Source: Stackebrandtia albiflava
GTDB lineage: Bacteria; Actinomycetota; Actinomycetes; Mycobacteriales; Micromonosporaceae
NCBI RefSeq assembly: GCF_007994225.1
Contig: NZ_VLLL01000007.1
Location: 365,686 to 429,685 of the forward strand
Direction: 5' to 3'
DNA length: 64,000 nt
Of this stretch, positions 30,252 to 40,595 are shown piece by piece. Both the position numbers and the translations under genes were made by a program. The notes beneath the pieces were generated by a model. It saw only the letters and a program-made list of their open reading frames with translations. It had not been told where the DNA came from and ran no database searches. Position 1 is the first letter of the stretch. Every line of letters begins with the position of its first letter.

Positions 30252-30908
30252 ATGGGCGACCTGGTGGAGATCAGTTTCGGTTTCCCCACCGTCGTCTTCA
30301 GTTTCGCCTTCATCGTCGTCATACTCTTCTGGCTGGTCGCGCTGTGCGGCCTGGTCGGCAGCGACGTCCTCGACACCGAGACCGACACCGGCGGCTCCTC
30401 CGGCGGCATCACCGGACTGCTCCCGGTGACCCGGGCCTCCCGGTCGGTACCGGTGACGGTGGTGCTGTCGCTGTGGATCGCACTGGCCTGGTTCGGCTCG
30501 GTCGCGGCGACCGTCCTGTTGCGGCAGTGGGAGCCCGGCGGCACCGCCGGTGTGCTCCTGGGACTGCTGACACCGGTCTTCGCGGCGGTACTGGCCTGGG
30601 TCGCCACCACTCTGGTGGTGTGGCCGCTGGGCCGGTTCTACGGCGAGGCGCCCGCGGCGTCCCGGCACGACTTCGTCGGCAGGACCTGCCGGATCCGCAC
30701 CCAGACGGTGGGCGCGGACTTCGGTCAGGCCGAGATCACCTCCACCGACGGTTCCTCCGCGATCATCCCGGTCCGTACTCACGGCCGGGACGTCGGAGAA
30801 CTGAAGGCGGGAGACACCGCTCTCGTATACGAGTACGACCCACACGGGGAGTTCTTCCTGGTCGCGCCGTTCGATCTGGCGACCGGTCCCAATCCGCCCG
30901 TGCGCTGA
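30252..30908 (+). CDS. NfeD-family membrane protein
   Basis: N-terminal transmembrane helices and a C-terminal OB-fold-like segment. It lies immediately upstream of flotillin. Confidence 0.65.
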   Translation: MGDLVEISFGFPTVVFSFAFIVVILFWLVALCGLVGSDVLDTETDTGGSSGGITGLLPVTRASRSVPVTVVLSLWIALAWFGSVAATVLLRQWEPGGTAGVLLGLLTPVFAAVLAWVATTLVVWPLGRFYGEAPAASRHDFVGRTCRIRTQTVGADFGQAEITSTDGSSAIIPVRTHGRDVGELKAGDTALVYEYDPHGEFFLVAPFDLATGPNPPVR

Positions 30909-30962
30909 CACGCACCGTTCCGCCCCCGCCCCCATCCGCGTCACATCGGAGGTCCCATCTAG

Positions 30963-33038
30963 ATGGAAGCCATCACCGCGGGCTTCGGCCTGCTCATCGG
31001 CGTGGCACTGCTGATCCTGCTCGCCATCCTGCTCATCATCGTCCGCCTGTTCCGGAAAGTGGAACAGGGCAAGGCGCTCATCATCTCCAAGATGCGGCGC
31101 GTCGACGTCACGTTCACCAGTGCCGTGGTGCTGCCGGTGCTTCACCGCGCCGAGCTGATGGACATCTCCGTCAAGACGATCGACATCTCGCGCACCGGCC
31201 AGGAGGGCCTGATCTGCCGGGACAACATCCGCGCCGACATCCGCATCTCGTTCTTCGTCCGGGTCAACAAGACCAAGGAGGACGTCATCAAGGTGGCGCA
31301 GGCCATCGGTTCGGAGCGCGCCAGCAGCCGCGAGACGCTGCAGGAACTGTTCAACGCGAAGTTCTCCGAGGCGTTGAAGACGGTCGGCAAGCAGCTCGAC
31401 TTCGTCGACCTGTACACGCAGCGCGACCAGTTCCGCGACCAGATCATCCGTGTCATCGGCACCGACCTCAACGGTTACAGCCTCGAGGACGCCGCGATCG
31501 ACTACCTGGAGCAGACGCCGCTCGACAGTCTCGACCCGCAGAACATCCTCGACGCGCAGGGCATCCGCAAGATCACCGAGTTGACGGCGATCGAGGCGGT
31601 CCGCACCAACGACTACCGGCGCAACGAGGAGAAGGAGCTGACCCGGCAGAACGTCGAGGCCCGGGAGGCCATCCTCGAGCTGGAACGCCGCCAGGCCGAC
31701 GCCGAGATGAAGCAGCGCCGCGAGATCGAGACGGTCCGCGCCCGCGAGGAGGCCATGATCAACCGGGTCCGGGCGGAGGAGCGGCTGAAGGCGCAGGAGG
31801 CCGAGATCCGCACCGACGAGACCCTCGGCATCCAGCGCGAGAACCAGCAGCGTGAGATCGCGGTGGCCGAGAAGAACCGGGAACGGGTCCTGGCCATCGA
31901 GAGTGAACGCATCGAGAAGGACCGCCTGCTGGAGGTGGTGGGCAGGGAACGCGAGATCGAACTCGCCACCATCGCCAAGAACAAGGAGGTCGAGGGCGAG
32001 AAGCGCGACATCGCCGACGTGGTGCGGGAACGCATCGCCGTGGAGCGGACGGTGGCCGAGCAGGAGGAGGCCATCAAGCGGCTCCGCACCGTCGAGGAGG
32101 CCGAGCGGCTGCGGCAGGCGGCGATCATCGCCGCGGAGGCCGAGGCGCAGGAACGACTCGTCAAGGACATCAAGGCGGCCGAGGCCGCCGAGGCCGCCGC
32201 CAAGCACCGGGCCCGGGAGAACCTGACGCTGGCCGAGGGCCGGCAGCAGGCCGCGGAGCTGGAGGCGCAGGCCATGATCCGGCTCGCCGAGGGCAAGAAG
32301 GCCGACGAGGCCGCCGCCGGCCTGGCACACGCCGAGGTGATGGAGGCCGAGGCGGAGGCGCTGGAGAAGGCCGGTATCGCGGAGGCGAAGGCCGCCGAGG
32401 CGCGGGGCCGCGCGGAGGCGGAGGTCACCGAGGCGAAGGGTCGGGCCACCGCGCAGGCGACCGAGCTGACCGGTGTCGCCGAGGCGACGGCGCTGCGGGA
32501 GCGGCTGCGCGGCGAGGCCGACGGCCTCACCGAGAAGGCCGCCGCGATGGCGGCGCTGGACGCGGCGTCCCGGGAGCACGAGGAGTACCGGCTGCGGCTG
32601 GAGACCGAGAAGGACATCCGGTTGGCGCACGTCAACGCGCAGCGGGAGATCGCGCAGGCGCAGGCGAGCGTCCTCGCGACCGGGCTGGAGAAGGCCGACA
32701 TCTCGATCGTGGGTGGCGACGGCGCGTTCTTCGACCGGGTCACCGGCGCCGTCGGCATGGGCAAGGCCGTCGACGGTTTCGTGCAGGGGTCCGAGGTCGT
32801 CAACGGCCTGGCGGGTGCCTGGTTGAACGGTTCCCGCGAGTTCACCGACGACCTGACGGGCCTGCTGGCCGGGGTCGACAGCAACGACCTGAAGAACCTG
32901 TCGATCGCGGCGCTGTTGACGAGACTGATCGCGCAGGGCGGGCCGGACACGGCCAAACTCAACAGCCTGCTGGATTCGGCGCGGACCATCGGGGTCGCCG
33001 AGACCCCGTTGGCGGCGCTGGCCGCGAGTACGCGCTGA
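30963..33038 (+). CDS. flotillin (SPFH/band-7 domain, FloT-like)
   Basis: N-terminal transmembrane segment, an SPFH domain, then a long EA-rich coiled coil. Confidence 0.85.
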   Translation: MEAITAGFGLLIGVALLILLAILLIIVRLFRKVEQGKALIISKMRRVDVTFTSAVVLPVLHRAELMDISVKTIDISRTGQEGLICRDNIRADIRISFFVRVNKTKEDVIKVAQAIGSERASSRETLQELFNAKFSEALKTVGKQLDFVDLYTQRDQFRDQIIRVIGTDLNGYSLEDAAIDYLEQTPLDSLDPQNILDAQGIRKITELTAIEAVRTNDYRRNEEKELTRQNVEAREAILELERRQADAEMKQRREIETVRAREEAMINRVRAEERLKAQEAEIRTDETLGIQRENQQREIAVAEKNRERVLAIESERIEKDRLLEVVGREREIELATIAKNKEVEGEKRDIADVVRERIAVERTVAEQEEAIKRLRTVEEAERLRQAAIIAAEAEAQERLVKDIKAAEAAEAAAKHRARENLTLAEGRQQAAELEAQAMIRLAEGKKADEAAAGLAHAEVMEAEAEALEKAGIAEAKAAEARGRAEAEVTEAKGRATAQATELTGVAEATALRERLRGEADGLTEKAAAMAALDAASREHEEYRLRLETEKDIRLAHVNAQREIAQAQASVLATGLEKADISIVGGDGAFFDRVTGAVGMGKAVDGFVQGSEVVNGLAGAWLNGSREFTDDLTGLLAGVDSNDLKNLSIAALLTRLIAQGGPDTAKLNSLLDSARTIGVAETPLAALAASTR

Positions 33039-33044
33039 CACCAC

Positions 33045-33077
33045 CCGGGGCCGCCACTCCGCGTGTGGCGGCCCCGG
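33045..33077. terminator. Hairpin after flotillin
   Basis: 13-bp perfect stem CCGGGGCCGCCAC / GTGGCGGCCCCGG with a 7-nt loop, followed by TTCACCATT. Confidence 0.45.
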
Positions 33078-33120
33078 TTCACCATTCGACCGGTCCGTTT
33101 CGTGCCCGTGAGGATCACCG

Positions 33121-36100
33121 TTGAGCGAATTGGAAACCCCGAGCCCGAGTGCCGAACTGGACGCCGGGACGTACGAGGTGCTGCGCGATCGGTTGGCGCA
33201 GCACGCCGCCGAACTCGCCCGCCGCGCCGAGGCGTTGAACGACGAGCGGCTGAAGGTGTTCGGCGGCACCGAGATGCGCCTGTTGGGCACCGACCGGATC
33301 CGCACCGAGAACAACTGCGTCCCGCGTGACATCGTGCAGGTGGGTGGCCGGATGCTGTTCGGCTACAACGTGTTCATCGGGTTGAAGCCGCAGACCGACG
33401 TGTCGGACGTGTTCGCGTTGCACTCGTTCCGGCGGGACGGTGAGGCGTTCTCGTTCGCGCCCGCCGAGGACGACGCGCTGCTGGGTGACCCGGCGTTCCG
33501 GGCGGACTTCGCGGAGCTGTACCGGTATTACCGGCAGGCGCAGCTGCTCCAGTTGCGTCGGGTCGCGGGGCGGCTGTTGGCGGTGTTCCGGATCGGCGAG
33601 AAGATCGACGACATCCGGGTGCTGCGATGGGAGGTGACTCCGCCGGGTGACACGGTCGCGTACCTGGACTCACGGGGCGAACGCGATCACGTGTTCCCCG
33701 AACAGCACGACTTCGAGTGGACGCCGACGACCCGCGACGACCACATCGGCGGCCGGCATCCGCACATCTCGATCGAGGGCGAGGTCTTCGTCGAGTGCGT
33801 CGGCGGGACGTTGACCGTCAAGATCGAGGACAACACCTCCACCGGGGAGGGCATCTACTCCGAGCCGGTGACGGAGAAGTTGCAGAGTCTCGCCGACGCC
33901 GACGTGTCGTACGCCCGCATCGGTCCGCTGATCCTGTTGAAGATACTGCCGTACAACGAGACGGTGTGGCGGTACCTGGTGTTCAACACCCGCACCAAGA
34001 CCGTCACGCGCGCCGACGGTATCGGTGAGGCGTGCCGGAGCCTGCCGGAGGAGCAGGGGGTCATCTTCCCCGGCGGCTACTACCTGGCGACGGGTGTGCA
34101 CAAGACCTTCGACACCGACGTCACGGGCTTGGAGTTCGAGCGGGTCGTCCGCTCCCCCAACGGCGAGGACGTCCTGTACGTCTTCCACGCCCGTGAGGAC
34201 GGGCGGAGCCTGCTGTTGCCGTACAACGTGATCCGTAAGGAGATCAGCACTCCGCTGCCGTGCCACGGTTACTCGATCTTCGAGGACGGCACGATGGTGG
34301 CGTTCCGGGCGAGTTCGGAGGAGCCGACCCGGGTGCACCCGATGCAGGTGTGGCAGACGCCGTTCGTGTCGGACACCTACGCCGCGGCGCAGCCGGTGGG
34401 TGACAGTCCGATGGAGCGGTTGGGCAACGCCGACCTGGTGCGGGGTGTTTCGGACGCGTTGTCGGTGTCGCGGATGGTCGCGGACATGGCGCCGTCGGCG
34501 GAGGTGTTCGAGGCGCTGATCGCGGCCTGTACCCGCGCCTTCGACGCCTACCACTGGTTGTCGGACGCGGCGTTCGGCGGTCTGGACGAGCCGTTGGCGG
34601 CGGTCCGGGACACCGCGCAGGCGGTGTTGGAGGAGTACGAGACGGTCGCGGCGTTGCGGCAGCGTGCCGCCGACGCGTTGCGGGACGCGGGCCGCGACGT
34701 CACCGCGGTCATCCGGCGGTCGAGCGGGGAGGCGCCCAAGAGCGCCGACGCCTGGGTGACGCAGTTGGCGGAGCTCCGGGCCGCGCAGGGCCGCTTGGTG
34801 ACCCTGTCGGAGATGCGTTACATCGACGCGGCCGGTGTCGCGGCGTTGTCGGAGTCGGTGGTCGCGGAGTCGGCGTCGGCGGGGCGGCGCGCGGTCGCGT
34901 TCCTGGGTGGGGCCGAGGCCTTCACCGACTACCACCGGCAGATCGACGCGCTCGCCGAGGAGGCGGGCGGCCTGGAGTCGGTGGCGCAGGCGGCGCCGTT
35001 GACGGCCCGGTTGTCGGAGCAGAGCGACGGACTGGAGGTCCTCACCGAGGTCGTGTCCAGTCTGGACATCGACGACGTGACGGTGCGGACCGGCATCCTG
35101 GAACGCATCGCGGAGGTGCTCGCGGCGGTCAACCGGGCGAGGGCGATCCTCACCGCCAGGCGCCGGGAACTGCTCGACTCCGAGGGACGCGCGGAGTTCG
35201 CCGCCGAGTTCGCGCTGTTCGGGCAGGCCGTCACCGCGGGACTGGCGGCGGCCGACAGCCCCGAGGCGTGCGACGAGCAACTCGGCAAGCTGATGCTGCA
35301 ACTGGAGAACCTGGAGTCCCGGTTCAGCGAGTTCGACGACTTCCTCGCCCGGCTGGGAGACAAACGCACCGACGTCTACGAGGCGTTCGCGACGCGCAAA
35401 CAGGCGCTGTTGGACGAACGCGCCCGCCGCGGCGAACGGCTCACCACCTCCGCGGACCGGATCCTGACCAGCGTCGCGCGTCGGTGCGCCACATTGGAGT
35501 CCGTCGACGCGGTAAACACGTACTTCGCGACCGACCCGATGGTCGTGAAACTGCGCGGCATCGCAGAGGAACTGCGCGGGCTGGGCGACCAGGTGCGCGC
35601 CGAGGAACTGCTGGGCCGCATCAAGGCCGCCCGCCAGGAGGCGGGCCGGTCGCTGCGGGACCGGCAGGACCTGTACGACGGCGACACCATCACGCTGGGC
35701 GGCCACCGGCTCCCGGTCAACACGCAGCCGATGGAGCTGACGCTGGTCCCGGCGGGTGACCGGTTGGCGTTCTCGCTGTCGGGCACCGACTACCGGTCCG
35801 TGGTGGACGATCCGGCGTTCGACGACACCCGGGAGTTCTGGAACCAACTGGTGGTGTCGGAGACACCGGAGGTGTACCGCGCCGAACACCTGGCGACGGT
35901 GGTCCTCGCCGAGACCGACCGGGCGGTGCTGCGGCAGGCCGCACTGTCCGATGCGGACCTGTTGTCGCTGGTCCGTGACCACGCCGAACGCCGCTTCGAC
36001 GAGGGATACCAGCGGGGCGTCCACGATCACGACGCCGCCGCGATCCTGCGCGTCGTGCTGCGGCTGGAGGCCGGGGCCGGCCTGTTGCGCTACCCGCCGG

Positions 36101-38082
36101 CCGAACGCGCGGCGGCGGCCCTGTTCTGGGCGTACGGCACCGACGACGCGACCCGCCCGGTGTGGTCGGCGCGCAGCCGCTCACTGGCGGCGGCCCGCGC
36201 CGTGTTCGGGCGGGCCGCGGCGATGACGGAGTTGGCGGACGAACTGGCCGAGGCGATCTCCGCCTTCCACGTGTCGGCGGGCGTCCCGGTGGAGTTCGAC
36301 GCCGGTCTCGCAGGTGAGTACCTGTGCGAGGAACTCGCCGCCGACGAACCCGGTTTCGTCACGAGCGACACCGCCCGCGCGCTGTGGAAACGGTTCCACC
36401 GCAGGCTGGGGCGCGAAGGGGTCGCCGAGTTCCGGGGCCACCTCGCGGCGCTCCCCGACGACGTCGGCGGGCTCGCGACGCGCCGGGAACTGGTGGCCGC
36501 CTGGCTGGACGCGTTCGTGTCCGGTGAGGACGGTGACGGGCCGCCGATGGAACTGCCCGAGGCGGTGGCTCTGGAACTGTTGGGGGAACGGGTCGAGCGG
36601 TACGACTCCGCCGCGGAACTGACCGGGACGGTGGACGAACTGCTGGGCACCCATCCCCGCGTCTCGGGCCGGAGCCTGCCGGTGCGGCTGGACGAACTGT
36701 TGTCACGTACCCGGGTGTTCCGGCGAGACCGCGTCCCCCGGTTCCGCGAGTTCCTGCGGCGCCGCAACGCCCTGGTGGCCGCGGAGCGGGAACGGCTGCG
36801 GGTGGACGAGTTCCAGCCGAAGGTGATGAGCGCGTTCGTCCGGAACCGGCTGCTCGACGACGTGTACCTGCCGTTGATCGGCGCGAACCTCGCCAAGCAG
36901 ATGGGCGCGGCGGGCGACGCCAAACGCACCGACCAGTCCGGGATGCTGCTGTTGATCTCGCCTCCCGGCTACGGCAAGACCACGTTGATGGAGTACGTGG
37001 CGAGCCGGCTGGGCATGGTGTTCGTCAAGGTGAACGGCCCGTCCCTGGGTCACGAGGTCACCTCGCTGGACCCCGCCGACGCCCCGGACGCCACCGCGCG
37101 GCAGGAGGTCGAGAAGATCTCGTTCGCCCTGGAGGCCGGCAACAACGTCATGTTGTACCTGGACGACATCCAGCACACCAACCCGGAGCTGTTGCAGAAG
37201 TTCATCTCGCTGTGCGACGGGCAACGGCGGATGGAGGGCGTGTGGCGGGGCCGCACCCGCACCTACGACCTGCGGGGCAAGCGGTTCGCGGTCGTCATGG
37301 CGGGCAACCCGTACACCGAGTCGGGGAAGCGGTTCCGTATCCCGGACATGCTCGCCAACCGGGCCGACGTGTGGAACCTGGGTGACGTGCTGTCGGGCCG
37401 CGAGGAGGTGTTCGCGTCGAGCTACCTGGAGAACGCGTTGACCTCCAACCCGGTGCTGGCGCCGCTGGCGTCGCGGGAACGCGGCGACCTGGAGCTGCTG
37501 GTGAGGCTCGCCGGGCGGGACGCCACCGCGAACGCGGAGGCGTTGTCGTACGCGTATCCGGCGGCCGAGCTGGAGCAGATCCTTTCGGTGCTGCGGAAGC
37601 TGTTGCGGGTGCGGGACGTGGTGCTGCGCAACAACCAGGCGTACATCGCGTCGGCGGCGCAGGCCGACTCGTCCCGTACCGAGCCGCCGTTCGGCCTGCA
37701 GGGTTCCTACCGGAACATGAACAAGCTGGCGGAGCGGGTCGTCCCGGTCATGAACGACGCCGAGTTGGAGGCCGTCATCGACGACCACTACCTGGGCGAG
37801 GCGCAGACGCTCACCTCCGGCGCGGAGGCGAACCTGTTGAAGCTGGCGGAGTTGCGCGGCCGGTTGACGCCGGAGCAGGCGGACCGGTGGACGCAGGTGA
37901 AGGCGGCGTTCGTGCGTGAACAGGCGCTCGGCGGCGACGGGGAGGACCCGGCGTCGCGTGCGGTCGGTGCGCTGGGCCTGTTGGCGGACGCGATAGGCGG
38001 TGTCGAGGCGGCGATCGCCAAGGCCGCCGATCCACGTGCGACGGCCCGGGGTACGGCCGCCGTGTACGGCAGACCGTCGTGA
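33121..38082 (+). CDS. very large (1653 aa) protein with a C-terminal AAA+ (MoxR/AAA_5-like) ATPase domain; function unknown
   Basis: Walker A LISPPGYGKTT, Walker B VMLYLDD, and an arginine-finger region near residues 1270-1420. The N-terminal 1200 aa has no motif I recognise. TTG start with GAGGAT upstream. Confidence 0.7.
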   Translation: MSELETPSPSAELDAGTYEVLRDRLAQHAAELARRAEALNDERLKVFGGTEMRLLGTDRIRTENNCVPRDIVQVGGRMLFGYNVFIGLKPQTDVSDVFALHSFRRDGEAFSFAPAEDDALLGDPAFRADFAELYRYYRQAQLLQLRRVAGRLLAVFRIGEKIDDIRVLRWEVTPPGDTVAYLDSRGERDHVFPEQHDFEWTPTTRDDHIGGRHPHISIEGEVFVECVGGTLTVKIEDNTSTGEGIYSEPVTEKLQSLADADVSYARIGPLILLKILPYNETVWRYLVFNTRTKTVTRADGIGEACRSLPEEQGVIFPGGYYLATGVHKTFDTDVTGLEFERVVRSPNGEDVLYVFHAREDGRSLLLPYNVIRKEISTPLPCHGYSIFEDGTMVAFRASSEEPTRVHPMQVWQTPFVSDTYAAAQPVGDSPMERLGNADLVRGVSDALSVSRMVADMAPSAEVFEALIAACTRAFDAYHWLSDAAFGGLDEPLAAVRDTAQAVLEEYETVAALRQRAADALRDAGRDVTAVIRRSSGEAPKSADAWVTQLAELRAAQGRLVTLSEMRYIDAAGVAALSESVVAESASAGRRAVAFLGGAEAFTDYHRQIDALAEEAGGLESVAQAAPLTARLSEQSDGLEVLTEVVSSLDIDDVTVRTGILERIAEVLAAVNRARAILTARRRELLDSEGRAEFAAEFALFGQAVTAGLAAADSPEACDEQLGKLMLQLENLESRFSEFDDFLARLGDKRTDVYEAFATRKQALLDERARRGERLTTSADRILTSVARRCATLESVDAVNTYFATDPMVVKLRGIAEELRGLGDQVRAEELLGRIKAARQEAGRSLRDRQDLYDGDTITLGGHRLPVNTQPMELTLVPAGDRLAFSLSGTDYRSVVDDPAFDDTREFWNQLVVSETPEVYRAEHLATVVLAETDRAVLRQAALSDADLLSLVRDHAERRFDEGYQRGVHDHDAAAILRVVLRLEAGAGLLRYPPAERAAAALFWAYGTDDATRPVWSARSRSLAAARAVFGRAAAMTELADELAEAISAFHVSAGVPVEFDAGLAGEYLCEELAADEPGFVTSDTARALWKRFHRRLGREGVAEFRGHLAALPDDVGGLATRRELVAAWLDAFVSGEDGDGPPMELPEAVALELLGERVERYDSAAELTGTVDELLGTHPRVSGRSLPVRLDELLSRTRVFRRDRVPRFREFLRRRNALVAAERERLRVDEFQPKVMSAFVRNRLLDDVYLPLIGANLAKQMGAAGDAKRTDQSGMLLLISPPGYGKTTLMEYVASRLGMVFVKVNGPSLGHEVTSLDPADAPDATARQEVEKISFALEAGNNVMLYLDDIQHTNPELLQKFISLCDGQRRMEGVWRGRTRTYDLRGKRFAVVMAGNPYTESGKRFRIPDMLANRADVWNLGDVLSGREEVFASSYLENALTSNPVLAPLASRERGDLELLVRLAGRDATANAEALSYAYPAAELEQILSVLRKLLRVRDVVLRNNQAYIASAAQADSSRTEPPFGLQGSYRNMNKLAERVVPVMNDAELEAVIDDHYLGEAQTLTSGAEANLLKLAELRGRLTPEQADRWTQVKAAFVREQALGGDGEDPASRAVGALGLLADAIGGVEAAIAKAADPRATARGTAAVYGRPS

Positions 38083-38086
38083 CGGG

Positions 38087-38111
38087 CCGGGCCGGTGGTT
38101 CGCCGGCCCGG
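38087..38111. terminator. Hairpin between the convergent giant gene and 38119-38439
   Basis: CCGGGCCGG / CCGGCCCGG 9-bp stem with a 7-nt loop. Confidence 0.4.
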
Positions 38112-38118
38112 ACGGTTC

Positions 38119-38439
38119 TCAGATCCGTGGTCTCGGCGTCCTGCCGGTGCCGAGGCCCGGGTCGTCGTCGATGACCAGGTTGCTGTACTTGTCGGTGAGG
38201 GTGTCGTACTCGGTGCTGACGTCTCGCAGGTACTCCAGCATGTCGCCGAGCGTGTCGTGTTCGAGTGACGTGACCGGCACCTTGTCGTCGGCGAGGGTGT
38301 GGAAAAGTCCCTCACCGGCCATGGTGTACTCACCGCCGTCGATCACGGACTTGAATCCGAGTTCGTAGCGCTTGGGGATGCGCGATTTGAACGTCTCGAC
38401 GAACGACTTCGTGATCTCGTCGAACTCCCACTCTTCCAT
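38119..38439 (-). CDS. small acidic hypothetical protein (~106 aa)
   Basis: MEEWEFDEITKSFVETFKSRIPKRYELGF... with coding-like GC3 bias. Confidence 0.45.
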   Translation of the reverse strand: MEEWEFDEITKSFVETFKSRIPKRYELGFKSVIDGGEYTMAGEGLFHTLADDKVPVTSLEHDTLGDMLEYLRDVSTEYDTLTDKYSNLVIDDDPGLGTGRTPRPRI

Positions 38440-38688
38440 CTGGACGCCTCCTGGGGAACGGTCACCGCCGGATGCGATGACGTCGTCTGTCCTGTGACGC
38501 ACACGTGCGACACGGTCGGACCCGAGCGCGCCGGCATATCGACCTCAATGGATGGTGAGCTTCCGGATCGGCGGCGCGGGAACGGATTGCGGCCCACCAT
38601 ATCCATCGACGAACGGTGATGCCAACGGAGTGTCATTGATCGGACACCGATCGGCGCGAATGATGGGCCGTGATCGGTACGCTGTGGT

Positions 38689-39744
38689 GTGATCCTCGGA
38701 CTGCTCTTCGCCTCGGCCGCCGGCGCACTCGGCGGCGTGCTGCTGACGAACCTGGTCACCGGTGCGCCGGGCGGCCACGTCGAATGGTTCTGGACCACCG
38801 GGCTGATACTGCTGACCTGCCTCACCGCCGCACTGTGGCTGTCGGCGGGTTCCCTGACGCCGCCACCGCACCGGCTGCGGGCCGGCCTCGCGCGGGGACG
38901 CGGTGCCGTCGCCCGGGTCGTCACCGCCGCACCCGGAACCGAGGAGGAAGAGATCGCGGTCGTGGTGGCCCCCGACGACGGCCCGCCCTACCGGAGCACG
39001 GTGTCGCTGCGGGCCTTCGAGGAACCGCCGGAGACCGGTGACGTGATCGTCGTCGTCCGTGACCGCCCCGACCGTCCCCGGGCGTGGTGGCTGCGCGAAC
39101 CCGACGCCGCGTGGCGCGCGAAGGCCGAGGCCGCCCGCGACGCGGCACCCCACGACGCTCCTGAATGGACACCCCGGAGACGCCCCCGCACCGGGCAGGT
39201 GCTCGGCCAAGGGATCGTCGCCGTGCTCGCCGCCGCCGGGCTCATGTCGCTGCACGCGGAGGAGATCGGTTGGGGGCTGCGGAGTATCGCGGCCGGTGAG
39301 GACCTCAACGACATGACGTCCGGCCCCCGGCAGGCCGAGGCGGTCGCCGCCATCGCCGAGGCGGCGGGAACCACGTCGTTCACCGGGCTCCACCTGTACC
39401 AGGACGGCCGGGTCCTCGCGACCGTCGTCGTCCCGGGGGAGACGGTGGAACGGGAGTGGCAGTGGGATCGCGGCCGGGCGTTTGAGCGCGACGTCCCGGG
39501 TTCACCGGTGACGGCCGCACCGGGTGCCGCGTTCGAGGTGACGGACGTCGACTGGCACGGCATCGCGGCACTGCGTCTCACCGCGATCGACCTTCTCGGG
39601 CTCGACGACCCGGACGAGACCTGGCTGGCGGTGGAACGCCACCACATGCCGTCCGACTCCGGCGCCTCGCCGATCCTCGTCCGGTTCACCTTCGACCGGA
39701 CCGAACGGATCGAGTTCACCGTCGGCGGCGAGGTGTTCGAGTGA
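38689..39744 (+). CDS. hypothetical membrane protein (two N-terminal transmembrane segments)
   Basis: Hydrophobic N-terminus. No motif recognised. Confidence 0.5.
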   Translation: MILGLLFASAAGALGGVLLTNLVTGAPGGHVEWFWTTGLILLTCLTAALWLSAGSLTPPPHRLRAGLARGRGAVARVVTAAPGTEEEEIAVVVAPDDGPPYRSTVSLRAFEEPPETGDVIVVVRDRPDRPRAWWLREPDAAWRAKAEAARDAAPHDAPEWTPRRRPRTGQVLGQGIVAVLAAAGLMSLHAEEIGWGLRSIAAGEDLNDMTSGPRQAEAVAAIAEAAGTTSFTGLHLYQDGRVLATVVVPGETVEREWQWDRGRAFERDVPGSPVTAAPGAAFEVTDVDWHGIAALRLTAIDLLGLDDPDETWLAVERHHMPSDSGASPILVRFTFDRTERIEFTVGGEVFE

Positions 39745-39771
39745 CGCCGTGAACCGTCTCGGCGGCCGGGT

Positions 39772-40302
39772 TCAGGCGGTGCGGGCGTACAGGTCCCGGA
39801 CGAAGGCGATCTCGGCGGTGTGGTGTATCAGTTCGCGGTTCATCCACCACACGATGTCCAGCACCGGCAGGGTCGGGTCGAGGCCCCACGGGAAGGCGCA
39901 GCGCCCCACCACGTCGAGTTCGTCGTCGCGGAGCGCGGTGACCGCGTCCCGCCACTCCGCCCACGACTCGGTCAGCGCCGGTGCCGCCGACGCGGCGGTC
40001 TCGGGCCAGTCGAGGTCGTCGTAGGTCAACCGGCATTCGCCGACCGTGTAGGCGGCGCGGAGCTTCGCCATCCCGTACAGATGACCGGTCAACAGGATGA
40101 TGCTGCGGGTGCGCGGCGCGTCGTCGGGCACCGGGGCGGGCCGCAACCGGCCGTTCTCGCCCCGGACGACCGTGGCGGCGTCCGGTTCGGGCAGCCAGCG
40201 GTACTCGTCGTCGGTCATCCCGGCCATCCGCTCCAGCGCCATCGACAGCGAGATGTCGAGCTGCGCCATCAACGGCGCCAACCGTGGCACGACGTCGTTC
40301 AC
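39772..40302 (-). CDS. DinB/DUF664-family (four-helix-bundle metal-binding) protein
   Basis: LLTGHLYGMAKLRAAY...WWMNRELIHHTAEIAFVRDL, as in DinB_2. Confidence 0.6.
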   Translation of the reverse strand: MNDVVPRLAPLMAQLDISLSMALERMAGMTDDEYRWLPEPDAATVVRGENGRLRPAPVPDDAPRTRSIILLTGHLYGMAKLRAAYTVGECRLTYDDLDWPETAASAAPALTESWAEWRDAVTALRDDELDVVGRCAFPWGLDPTLPVLDIVWWMNRELIHHTAEIAFVRDLYARTA

Positions 40303-40595
40303 GTGTCTCTCCCGTCGGTAGGACGTACCGGTGCTCCGATGTACATCCTCCCCGACCCCTGTGACATCCGGATCACTACCGGTGGATTCTCATGCCGCCG
40401 CGCTACGTGGATCACTTCGACGGACCGACTCGTCGGTAACAGTCCGTACTTACGACGCATCTCGGCCAAGGGAATACGGGTGCCGTCGTCCTCGGACTTC
40501 GCGGCGTCATAGGCGGCGATGTCACCCGCCGTTTCGGGATCTTCCGGCTTCTCCGGACCGGTCGGCGTTGCGGCGGGCTTGTCGTTCTCCATCAC
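40299..40595 (-). CDS. small hypothetical protein (98 aa), translationally coupled (ATGA) to the DinB gene
   Basis: Acidic N-terminus ...AAYDAAKSEDDGTRIPLAEMRRKYGLL, reminiscent of small antitoxin-like/RHH C-termini. The assignment is weak. Confidence 0.35.
   Translation of the reverse strand: MMENDKPAATPTGPEKPEDPETAGDIAAYDAAKSEDDGTRIPLAEMRRKYGLLPTSRSVEVIHVARRHENPPVVIRMSQGSGRMYIGAPVRPTDGRDT

Noticed and set aside
33670-36030. 786-aa ORF on the minus strand
   Set aside because: Antisense to the giant AAA+ gene. No motifs.
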